NCBI GenBank assembly: GCA_001805125.1
Contig: MHEF01000022.1
Coordinates: 1 to 34,288, forward strand
Source: Nitrospirae bacterium RBG_13_39_12
GTDB taxonomy: Bacteria; Nitrospirota; Thermodesulfovibrionia; Thermodesulfovibrionales; SM23-35
Direction: 5' to 3'
DNA: 34,288 nucleotides
This document shows, in pieces, positions 1 to 8,049 of the stretch. Positions within the stretch are counted from its first letter, which is position 1. Every line of letters begins with the position of its first letter. Position numbers and translations under genes: made by a program. The notes below the pieces were generated by a model, which was given only the letters and a program-made list of their open reading frames with translations, did no database searches and had not been told where the DNA came from.

Positions 1-280
1 TCCTTTGTTGATTTCCAGTTCAACTTAAAAGGATACACCGCCTTTTATCTATTTACACACTTTTTAATTGTACTCCTGATTGTATCGTATTTGGCTTGAT
101 TTTTTAAATCCATAAAAGTTATAGCTAGGAGAGTAAATTTTAAAACTATAGGAACAGAAGCTTATAACTTCTAATATTATTTTTATTGATCTAATACACG
201 TCTTTCTTATTAAGAGCTTTTTTAATGAATTTGTGCGTATCCTAATTTTATTCCTGTTTCCGCTGCAAAGTGTTCTGAAG

Positions 281-1033
281 TTATGCAGAAAGTATCTCAA
301 GAATTATCAATTCAATGGCATTAATAGGATCGGCCTGTTGCAGGATAGCTCTACCGACTACAAGATAGTCAGCCCCTGCCCTGATAGCTTCTTTAGGAGT
401 TGCAGTCCTTTGCTGGTCATCGGGAGGAGTCCATGAAGGCCTAATCCCAGGAGTTATTATTAGAAATCCTCTACCGCAATGGTTCCTTACTATTTCAGCT
501 TCTTTTACAGATGTTATAACACCGTCAAGCCCAGCCTTCAATGCAAGACCTGATAAATGTTTTACTTGTGTTCTAAGCCCATGCCGAATTCCAAGTTCAT
601 CCGTGATAATTTCTCGGGTAAGACTAGTTAGCACAGTAACACCAAGCATTTTGGGTTTTTCAATATTTTCTTTAAGGCAGACCTCAACAATTTTGTCCCT
701 GCATCTTTTCATCATCTCAATACCACCTGATGTATGTACATTGAACATATATACACCAAGCCTTGTTGCAGCTAAAGCTGCTTTTGTAACTGTATTTGGG
801 ATGTCATGGAATTTTAAGTCAAGAAAAACCTTTTTATTTTTTTTATTTATATCGTCGATTATCTTCGGACCAGAAGATATGAAAAGTTCCAGGCCAACTT
901 TAAAAATGCTAACATAATCTTTAAATTTTTCTACTAGTTCAATTGCATAGTTATGATCATGAACGTCGAGGGCAACAATTATTTTATCCGCGGCTGAAAT
1001 TCTATCTTTTTTCATTCCGCTATACTCTATCAT
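281..1033 (-). CDS. pyrF: orotidine 5'-phosphate decarboxylase
   Basis: 250-aa ORF with 'KIIVALDV', the Asp-x-Lys-x-x-Asp active-site block 'FLDLKFHDIPNTV' and a C-terminal 'DYLVVGRAI' phosphate-binding loop. The start ATG overlaps the dcd stop (TAATG at 1031-1035). Confidence 0.9.
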   Translation of the reverse strand: MIEYSGMKKDRISAADKIIVALDVHDHNYAIELVEKFKDYVSIFKVGLELFISSGPKIIDDINKKNKKVFLDLKFHDIPNTVTKAALAATRLGVYMFNVHTSGGIEMMKRCRDKIVEVCLKENIEKPKMLGVTVLTSLTREIITDELGIRHGLRTQVKHLSGLALKAGLDGVITSVKEAEIVRNHCGRGFLIITPGIRPSWTPPDDQQRTATPKEAIRAGADYLVVGRAILQQADPINAIELIILEILSA

Positions 1034-1581
1034 TAGATTTTAGCTGTTGTTATACCCTTCTGAACCTGATACTTCCCAGCCTTATCTGCATATGATACTC
1101 TACAAACCTCAGAACCTTCTATAAATAGTAATTGAGCTATTCCTTCGTTTGAATATATTTTTGCAGGAATCGGTGCTGTATTTGATATCTCAATTGTTAC
1201 GTATCCTTCCCACTCGGGTTCAAGAGGAGTTATGTTTATGATAATACCGCATCTTGCATAAGTTGATTTACCAAAACATATTACAAGGATTTCTCGAGGA
1301 ATCCTGAAATATTCAACCGAGCGGCCAAGTACAAATGAATTCGGAGGCACTATACAGGCATCTCCCTTAAAATTAACGAAGCTTTTCATATTAAAATCTT
1401 TAGGGTCTGCAATAGTACCACTTATGTTTGTGAATATCTTAAACTCATCAGCGATTCTCATGTCATAACCATATGAACTTGCACCATATGAAATAACACC
1501 ATCTCTTACTTGATCTTCACAAAATGGTTCTATCATACCCTTTTTTGACATCTCTTTTATCCAACGATCATTTTTAAGCAT
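1033..1581 (-). CDS. dcd: dCTP deaminase (dUTPase-fold)
   Basis: 182-aa ORF. 'GMIEPF', '[14 protein letters not shown]', '[16 protein letters not shown]' and '[11 protein letters not shown]' are typical of the Dcd family. It is translationally coupled to pyrF. Confidence 0.9.
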   Translation of the reverse strand: MLKNDRWIKEMSKKGMIEPFCEDQVRDGVISYGASSYGYDMRIADEFKIFTNISGTIADPKDFNMKSFVNFKGDACIVPPNSFVLGRSVEYFRIPREILVICFGKSTYARCGIIINITPLEPEWEGYVTIEISNTAPIPAKIYSNEGIAQLLFIEGSEVCRVSYADKAGKYQVQKGITTAKI

Positions 1582-1826
1582 TTTATAAACTCCAATTTAT
1601 TAATATCATTATTTTTCATGAAAAGATTAACATAATAAAATATTTAGTTACAAGCATTGTGTAAACGTTCAAATTGTTAAATCTTCACGAAGTAGAATGA
1701 GATTGTTAATCTTTTACTTCTATTAATATATGTAAATAAATTAAAATTAAAGTTGATGGTGATATTCTCTCGATTAGTCTTATCTAAATAAAAAGATAAA
1801 TCTTAAAATAATACTTTATATCGGAC

Positions 1827-2063
1827 TTAATCGTCTTTTTTGTCCTCTTCTCCAAAATATTTCTTGAAGAGTTCAAGTGTATCCTTAGCCATTTCCTCAT
1901 CAAGCTTCTGAATAGCAAAGCCTGCATGAACTAGGACATAATCTCCAATATGTACATTTTCTTCAAGCAGAAGAAGACTTATATTCCGCTGTGCACCATA
2001 TACATCAATGACAGCTGTAGAATTATCGATCCTTATTATCTTTGATGGAATCGCAAGACACAT
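1827..2063 (-). CDS. hypC: HypC/HybG/HupF-family hydrogenase maturation chaperone
   Basis: An internal Met (ATG, reverse complement of 2061-2063) is followed by 'CLAIPSKIIRID...GDYVLVHAGFAI', the canonical HypC N-terminal Met-Cys and OB-fold core, giving 78 aa. The ORF-track start at 2159 would add 32 non-homologous residues ahead of the essential N-terminal Cys. Confidence 0.8.
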   Translation of the reverse strand: MCLAIPSKIIRIDNSTAVIDVYGAQRNISLLLLEENVHIGDYVLVHAGFAIQKLDEEMAKDTLELFKKYFGEEDKKDD

Positions 2064-2260
2064 AGATTTACCGATAAACAAGTTAATACATTCATGACAC
2101 ATTTTTATTATATCATTAATGTATATGTTATTCTTTAAAAGCTTTGTTATTTGTTTCATAATTAATCAAAATATAGCAAGATAGCTTTCGATTCTTTTGT
2201 CATTGACTAATATCATGTTTTTTTGGTAATTTATCTAATTCACTTTTTAGGAGTTACTTC

Positions 2261-2764
2261 ATGGTAAAGAAAAAGAATAATAAGAAAGACAAGAAACCGA
2301 AGACTAAATCAAAAACTAGAATTGAGACTAAACCAAAAACCAAGCTTAGGGCTAAACCAAAGGCTAAAAAAAGTACTAAAATAAGAAAAGCGTTACGAAT
2401 CCCAACTAGAACAAAGAAGATTCTGGAGGTCAGGAAAAAGCTTATATGTCAAAAAGAGGCTCTTCTTGCTGGTGCAGAAGAAGCACTGAATGAGCTTCCA
2501 GAGCAAACAACATTTCCAGACCTCGGCGACCAGGCAACTGCAGAAACAGACAGAAGCCTTATGCTAAGACTGAGAGGAAGAGAACGCAAACTTTTAAAAA
2601 AAATAGAAGAAGCTATAGAGAGAATAGACCAAGGTATATTTGGGATATGCGACAAATGTGGAGAAGATATAGATATAAGAAGGCTTGAGGCAAGGCCTGT
2701 CACAACAATGTGTATTGAATGTAAAACACTTCAAGAGGAAGAAGAGAAACTAACGGAAAAATAG
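2261..2764 (+). CDS. DksA/TraR-family C4 zinc-finger protein with lysine-rich N-terminal tail
   Basis: 167 aa. The C-terminal part has a coiled-coil tip 'DLGDQA' (DxxDxA) and the zinc finger 'CDKCGEDI...CIECK' (Cys130/133/151/154). Residues 1-55 are a K/P/T-rich tail with KPKTK/KPKAK repeats. AGGAG lies 7 nt upstream of the ATG. Confidence 0.8.
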   Translation: MVKKKNNKKDKKPKTKSKTRIETKPKTKLRAKPKAKKSTKIRKALRIPTRTKKILEVRKKLICQKEALLAGAEEALNELPEQTTFPDLGDQATAETDRSLMLRLRGRERKLLKKIEEAIERIDQGIFGICDKCGEDIDIRRLEARPVTTMCIECKTLQEEEEKLTEK

Positions 2765-2789
2765 AGAATATACCTGCGGTTATTGGATT

Positions 2790-3593
2790 TTATCCTTTTA
2801 TTTTCAAGTTATAACTGTCTTTTAAGCTGTCTCCCAGTGTATTAAAACATAAAGCAGTAACAGCGATCATTAGACCAGGGAAAAATACCATCCACGGATA
2901 TGTTGAAATAAAGACCCTGTTTGCACTTATCATCGAACCCCATGTTGCAACAGGAGGCTGTGCGCCTAATCCTAAAAAACTTAATGAGGCTTCTGTTAAT
3001 ATATAACCCCCTAGTTTCAATCCCATCATAACAAGTAGAAGAGGAGTACACTGGGGCATGAGATGTCTGAAAAGGATTCTCATATTACTGCATCCCAAAG
3101 CCCTTGCAGCCTCGATGAAAAGAGCTTCTTTCAGAGTTAGTATATATCCTCTGATTATCCTTGCAAATGAGGCCCATCCTACTGCAGTAATCGCTATCAT
3201 CACAGTATAAATACCAGGAGGAAGAATAATTGAAATACCTATAGCCAGAAGAAGTGCAGGAAATGAAAGTATGAGATCTACAAATGACATAATAGCTGTA
3301 TCAACTTTACCTCCCAAAAACCCAGCGCAGAGTCCGATAACAAGCCCTATCCCCATAGATAATAGTGTAGCTGTTACTGCAACAACTATTGATATCCTCC
3401 CTCCATAAAGTATTCTCGAAAATATATCTCTTCCCTTATTATCTGTCCCGAGTATATGTTTTAGGCTCGGGGGCTCTTTAATATGGTCGAGATTTATCAT
3501 GTTAGGGTCGTATTTGGATATCAATGGTGCCATAATAGAAAAAAAGCATATTAAGATTAGTATGGCTACTGATATCTTACCTGCTGTTTTCAT
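2790..3593 (-). CDS. ABC peptide transporter permease (DppC/OppC type)
   Basis: 267 aa and multi-TM. It has the N-terminal 'ILGTDNKGRDIFSRILYGGRISI' signature of DppC/OppC and the EAA-like loop 'FIEAARALGCSNMRILFRHLMP'. It overlaps the upstream permease by 17 nt. Confidence 0.85.
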   Translation of the reverse strand: MKTAGKISVAILILICFFSIMAPLISKYDPNMINLDHIKEPPSLKHILGTDNKGRDIFSRILYGGRISIVVAVTATLLSMGIGLVIGLCAGFLGGKVDTAIMSFVDLILSFPALLLAIGISIILPPGIYTVMIAITAVGWASFARIIRGYILTLKEALFIEAARALGCSNMRILFRHLMPQCTPLLLVMMGLKLGGYILTEASLSFLGLGAQPPVATWGSMISANRVFISTYPWMVFFPGLMIAVTALCFNTLGDSLKDSYNLKIKG

Positions 3594-4464
3594 ATAATCT
3601 CACTCTCGGATCAATATAATGGTAAATAACATCTACAAACAGATTTATAAGTACAAAAATTACGGTACATGCAATTACACAGCCCATTACCACAGGATAG
3701 TCCCTTTTTATAATGCCTTCCATGGTAAATCTACCTATTCCGTCCCAGCCAAAAATTGTCTCTGTAAGTACTGCACCATTCAGATAGCTTCCAAAATCAA
3801 GACCTATTACAGTTACAATAGGAATGAGTGCATTTTTAAAGATATGGATAAGTTTTATTTTAAGCTCTGCTATTCCTTTTGCTCTCGCTGTATTAACAAA
3901 AGGCATATCTAAAATTTCTATTATTGTAGTTCTTGTTACCCTTGACAGTGTTGCAATGGCGGGTAGAGAGAGAGTTAATGATGGCAGGATAAGAAACCTT
4001 ATATCTCCGGTACCAGATGGGGGAAAGATTTTCAGTTTGAGACTGAAAAAAAGCATTATCAAAAGTCCGCTCCAAAAAACAGGAACACTAAGTCCCGTCA
4101 CAGAGACAGATGATATAAGTCTGTCCATAAAAGTATCTTTTTTATAAGCAGAAATTAACCCGAGAATCAATCCAACAGGGATTGCAATAATCATTGCTGT
4201 TAATGCAAGTTTTAATGTATTAGGAAATTTTAAAAGCAGATCGTCAAATACTCTCCTGTTTGTATAATAAGAACGACCAAACTCTCCTTTAATAAGTAAT
4301 CCTACATATCCTAAATACTGTCTTAACAAATTTTTATCAGTACCTAATTCTTTTCTAATTTTCTCAATAACGTCCGGGTGGGCTCTTTCTCCTACAATAC
4401 TCAATACAGGATCGCCAGGAAGTGCCTTTATTATGATAAAAGTAAGCAGAGTTATACCTAACAA
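3577..4464 (-). CDS. ABC peptide transporter permease (DppB/OppB type)
   Basis: 'LPGDPV...GERA', 'LGYVGLLIKGEFGRSY' and 'FVNTARAKGI' are typical of DppB/OppB. The listed start is a TTG. The frame is open upstream to 4518, and an ATT at 4507-4509 sits 5 nt after AAGGAG (4515-4520), so the true N-terminus is probably about 15 codons longer. Confidence 0.8.
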   Translation of the reverse strand: MLGITLLTFIIIKALPGDPVLSIVGERAHPDVIEKIRKELGTDKNLLRQYLGYVGLLIKGEFGRSYYTNRRVFDDLLLKFPNTLKLALTAMIIAIPVGLILGLISAYKKDTFMDRLISSVSVTGLSVPVFWSGLLIMLFFSLKLKIFPPSGTGDIRFLILPSLTLSLPAIATLSRVTRTTIIEILDMPFVNTARAKGIAELKIKLIHIFKNALIPIVTVIGLDFGSYLNGAVLTETIFGWDGIGRFTMEGIIKRDYPVVMGCVIACTVIFVLINLFVDVIYHYIDPRVRLYENSR

Positions 4465-4571
4465 GAGAGGGAAAAGAAGAAATAATTTTTTTATAAGATA
4501 AGCCTTAATTGTATCTCCTTACATTACTCTTTTTTATTATTTGTATTTCAGACATCAGTTATTTTTACAAT

Positions 4572-6125
4572 TTATAGTGATATCTCTGTTCCTTTATCAA
4601 TGCTATAAATTAGGTAATTTTTAAAGTTTCTTACCGTAGGCTGTTTTATTATAAAATCGGTTCTGTGCCATAAAAAAACCCAAGGAGAATCTGATACAAT
4701 AATTCGTTCTGCCTGTTTATAAAACAATGACCTCTTTTTAGCATCCATCGTATATTGTCCTTTTTCTATCAAGTAATCAACAGTAGTATTGCTGTATCTT
4801 GTTCTATTCCCAGCTGAACCAAAATTAGAGGAGTGAAATAAAGGAAAAAGAAAATTTTCAGGATCAGGATAATCAGCCCACCAGCTTATATAAAACATAT
4901 CAGGCTCACCATTATTTAAAGACTCCTTGTAAGCACTCCATTCAAGCTGTTTTATATTTATATTTATCCCAACAGCATTGATATAAGATTGTATAACCTC
5001 TGCTATATCAATTGCTTCTTGGTCTGCAGTTATGTAAAATTTTACTTCGATACCTTCTAAGCCCTCTTTTTTAATTATTTCTATTGATTTGTTAGGATTG
5101 TATTCATTAATATTAGGTTTATTCCAGTTTCTAATAATATCAGGAACAGGGCCTGATGCTAATCTACCTCGCTTTTCATAAATAGTATTAAGAATTTTTT
5201 CTCTGTCAATTGCGTAAGTGATGGCTTTCCTGAGAGCTCTGTTACTAAAGGGTAGTCTTGAACAATTTAGACCAAGATAATAAGTATTAAGTCCTTCAAT
5301 AGATGAAATAAGATTCTTTTTTTGAAGATCGTTTTTATATCTCGAGTACTCTGACGCTGGTATTGTGATTACATCAATGTTTCCAACATCAAACTCTGTG
5401 ACTGCTGTAAGATCCTCAGGTATTATTCTGTATATGATACCTTTAATTTTTGCATGTATATCAAAATAATGGTAATTTTTTAATAGTCTAATCTCCCTAT
5501 TTGGCAACCATTCTTCAAGGATAAATGGACCGGTACCTACAGGATGGGTGGAGAAGTCAGGCCCCCATCTCTCAACTTCCTCTATCGGAACAATATATGC
5601 AGCTGGCGTGGTTAAGAGATTTATAAAGGGAGAAAAAGGTTTTTTGAGGCGTATCTTAATGGTATAATCATCAATTGTTTTTATTCCTTTAACATTATCA
5701 GCTTTTCCTTCCATAAATTCATCTGCACCAAGGATTTTTTCTAGCACCCAAGTATTAGGTGACTTATTCTTAGGGTTTAATAATCTATTAAAGGAATACT
5801 TGATATCATTAGCCTTAACTTCACGATTATTCGAGAAGAATACACCTTGTTTGAGCCTGAAAATATATGTTAGGCCGTCTCCAGATATAACCCAATTTTT
5901 AGCAATGTCCGGATGTATTTTTAGATCTTCTCCGATTTTGACTAAGCCATTAAACAGCTTTGCTGAAATTGAACCACCTGTTACATCAACTATAAGGGCT
6001 GGATCGAGTGTAGTTGGGTTTGAATTAAGTCTGTAATATATATAACCTTTTTCTCTGTTTTGTGAAGAACATGCTGTGATGATAACTAAAATGAAAATTG
6101 CAACAAATAAAACTCGGCTCTTCAC
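4572..6125 (-). CDS. ABC transporter substrate-binding lipoprotein, family 5 (DppA/OppA-like)
   Basis: 517 aa with the lipoprotein signal 'FILVIITAC|SS'. Family-5 SBP blocks include 'LDPA', 'GLVKIGEDLKIHPDIAKNW', 'GTGPF' and 'WWADYPDPENF'. It starts at GTG, 6 nt after the stop of the upstream gene. Confidence 0.85.
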   Translation of the reverse strand: MKSRVLFVAIFILVIITACSSQNREKGYIYYRLNSNPTTLDPALIVDVTGGSISAKLFNGLVKIGEDLKIHPDIAKNWVISGDGLTYIFRLKQGVFFSNNREVKANDIKYSFNRLLNPKNKSPNTWVLEKILGADEFMEGKADNVKGIKTIDDYTIKIRLKKPFSPFINLLTTPAAYIVPIEEVERWGPDFSTHPVGTGPFILEEWLPNREIRLLKNYHYFDIHAKIKGIIYRIIPEDLTAVTEFDVGNIDVITIPASEYSRYKNDLQKKNLISSIEGLNTYYLGLNCSRLPFSNRALRKAITYAIDREKILNTIYEKRGRLASGPVPDIIRNWNKPNINEYNPNKSIEIIKKEGLEGIEVKFYITADQEAIDIAEVIQSYINAVGININIKQLEWSAYKESLNNGEPDMFYISWWADYPDPENFLFPLFHSSNFGSAGNRTRYSNTTVDYLIEKGQYTMDAKKRSLFYKQAERIIVSDSPWVFLWHRTDFIIKQPTVRNFKNYLIYSIDKGTEISL

Positions 6126-6131
6126 CTTGGA

Positions 6132-7253
6132 CTAAAACCTTAAAAAAGCACCTATGCTTCCAGAATCTTTAAACTTTTTGTTATCAGATGTAACCTCTAC
6201 CAATGCTCCCTGCTCAACTGCTTTTTGTGCTGCAAGATCAACAATATAGTTTACTTTCTGAGTCTTGCCTTTACAATATGGACATGCTGAGATATGCTGG
6301 ATAGAGAGATAGCCACAATTGTTACATTTCAGTCCAGAATGTCTATAATCTTTTATAAAAATAAGTTTCATAATCCTTCCTTCCTGTATTGCATTAAGTA
6401 CATTTTCTATACCTATGACAGCATTTTCATTCTTCATCGCTTTTGTAACAAGATCTTCAATAGTTTTATCTTCTTTCTGTTTTTCAAATGCCCTGAGTAT
6501 AGGTTCTGTCTTTTTTAATATCTCCTTGCTATTTGCGAACATTTCAGCCTGAAATGTTCCAATGATCTTTTCATTTACTGTCTGTGGAAATAGAGCCTTT
6601 ACTTTTGTGACAGCATCTTCTGAACCACCGATTATAAGCCGTCCTACGTTTTCACGTGAAAGAAATATATCCAATTGCTTAACCACTTCCTTTAAATGTA
6701 AGGATACATGATAATCTGTATGCCTTTCATAACTCTTTTCCGAAAGAGAATACCAACCACCTTTTTTATGTTTTCCTGGGACATTTTCAGAATGAACCTC
6801 AGTATATTCTTCTATTTCACCAATGTGTATGATAAATAAACGTGCTGATTCTTTATCAACTAATAAAATGGCGTACCTTTGATAGTTGTCTAGGATGTCA
6901 AGAAGCGGTTTTATATATGGTGTTTTGTCCAATATAATTTCATTTTTTATGGGAACTGAAAGATGAAATTCTACCCAGAATTTCTTTTCTTGAGAAGTCA
7001 GGATTACAAGTCCTTTTTTAAATATTCTCTTGTTTGCCATAACATAAGCATCAATTTTTTCAAAGTCACCATTTGTTCTCTTTATTTCTTTTTTATCCAT
7101 CTTTTCCAATGTTTCTTTAATCATATTTTTTACATGTATAACATAATCATATTTTTTATTTGTAATCGGGTTAACATTCAAATAAAGGCTTACAAAATAA
7201 GCCTCACCAGCACGCATCTTCGCTATCTCTCTAAGTTCTTCACGATTAAGCAT
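6132..7253 (-). CDS. eRF1/Pelota-superfamily protein (bacterial eRF1-like, baeRF/Vms1-related type) with inserted zinc ribbon
   Basis: 373 aa. The central loop 'PGKHKKGGWYS' (GGW at nt 6753-6761) lies where eRF1 carries GGQ. The C-terminal third matches eRF1/Pelota domain 3 ('GIENVLNAIQEGRIMKLIFI' ... 'SGSIGAFLRF'), interrupted by 'CNNCG...CPYCKG' (nt 6273-6326). A strong AGGAGGAGGA SD is present. Confidence 0.65.
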   Translation of the reverse strand: MLNREELREIAKMRAGEAYFVSLYLNVNPITNKKYDYVIHVKNMIKETLEKMDKKEIKRTNGDFEKIDAYVMANKRIFKKGLVILTSQEKKFWVEFHLSVPIKNEIILDKTPYIKPLLDILDNYQRYAILLVDKESARLFIIHIGEIEEYTEVHSENVPGKHKKGGWYSLSEKSYERHTDYHVSLHLKEVVKQLDIFLSRENVGRLIIGGSEDAVTKVKALFPQTVNEKIIGTFQAEMFANSKEILKKTEPILRAFEKQKEDKTIEDLVTKAMKNENAVIGIENVLNAIQEGRIMKLIFIKDYRHSGLKCNNCGYLSIQHISACPYCKGKTQKVNYIVDLAAQKAVEQGALVEVTSDNKKFKDSGSIGAFLRF

Positions 7254-7289
7254 TCATTCCTCCTCCTAATTGAAGTTATAGTATAGTAC

Positions 7290-7955
7290 TTATTTATTAT
7301 GTGATGATGCCTGTACAAATAAGTTAAAAAGATTCAAGGAAATTTCATCGTCTTTCATCCTCTCTGGATGCCACTGCACCCCTATAAGAAAAGGATAATC
7401 TTTAAGATTAAATGCTTCGATAAGATTATCAGTAGAATAAGCAAATGACGAAAGGCCAGCACCGAGTTCCTTTATGGCCTGATGATGTGTACTATTTACA
7501 GAAAACCTGCCTTTTTTCAAAAACTTGTTTTCTGCAATCACAGCTATATGATAATCCTTTTTATGATTAATTTCTACTTTCAACTGAAAATCTATATCCT
7601 GGTATAACGACCCTCCAAACGCAACGTTTATGAGCTGCATCCCGTAACATATACCAAGGACCGGTTTACGAAATTTCATTAGATTTTTAAGCAGAGAAAA
7701 CTCAAAATTACTCCTATCTTTCGACACCGGTTTTACCTTAAGCATTGGGGCTTCATTATAATAAACCGGGTCGAGATCATCCCCTCCGGGTATGAGTAGT
7801 CCGTCAATTATTCCTGCGTAGAGTGATGTATCCCCCGCTGGAGGAATTAATACCGGGGACCCGCCTGCCATAACTATAGATTCAGAATACTGGCATTTTA
7901 TTTTTAAGTATTCACCTTCTATATCGGTTGTTATACCTATTATCGGACTTTTCAT
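7290..7955 (-). CDS. class I glutamine amidotransferase-like gamma-glutamyl hydrolase (peptidase C26, PuuD-like)
   Basis: 221 aa. It has the nucleophile elbow 'GICYGMQLINVAFGG' plus 'STHHQAI' and 'GVQWHPE', matching the C26/PuuD catalytic triad context. Confidence 0.85.
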   Translation of the reverse strand: MKSPIIGITTDIEGEYLKIKCQYSESIVMAGGSPVLIPPAGDTSLYAGIIDGLLIPGGDDLDPVYYNEAPMLKVKPVSKDRSNFEFSLLKNLMKFRKPVLGICYGMQLINVAFGGSLYQDIDFQLKVEINHKKDYHIAVIAENKFLKKGRFSVNSTHHQAIKELGAGLSSFAYSTDNLIEAFNLKDYPFLIGVQWHPERMKDDEISLNLFNLFVQASSHNK

Positions 7956-8049
7956 GATTAATTATTATAGTAATTTATAAAATAAATTTAAGGTTCGCTT
8001 TATTTTAATTCTGTTATGTGATACAAATTTATTGCAATACAGCTAGAAA

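Noticed and set aside
64-300. 78-aa minus-strand ORF at the 3' side of pyrF. A 32-codon plus-strand frame is also open from nt 1 to a TGA at 97-99.
   Set aside because: The 78-aa ORF is a basic, low-complexity product ('RNKIRIRTNSLKKLLIRK') with no SD, and it overlaps the pyrF 3' end. This is typical of AT-rich noise. The 1-99 frame could be the tail of an off-window membrane protein but is too short to support.
1689-1722. Nested inverted repeat GAAGTA..AGATT-GTT-AATCT..TACTTC between hypC and dcd.
   Set aside because: The stems are short and interrupted, there is no adjacent U-run on either strand, and such structures are plausible by chance in a 245-bp AT-rich spacer.
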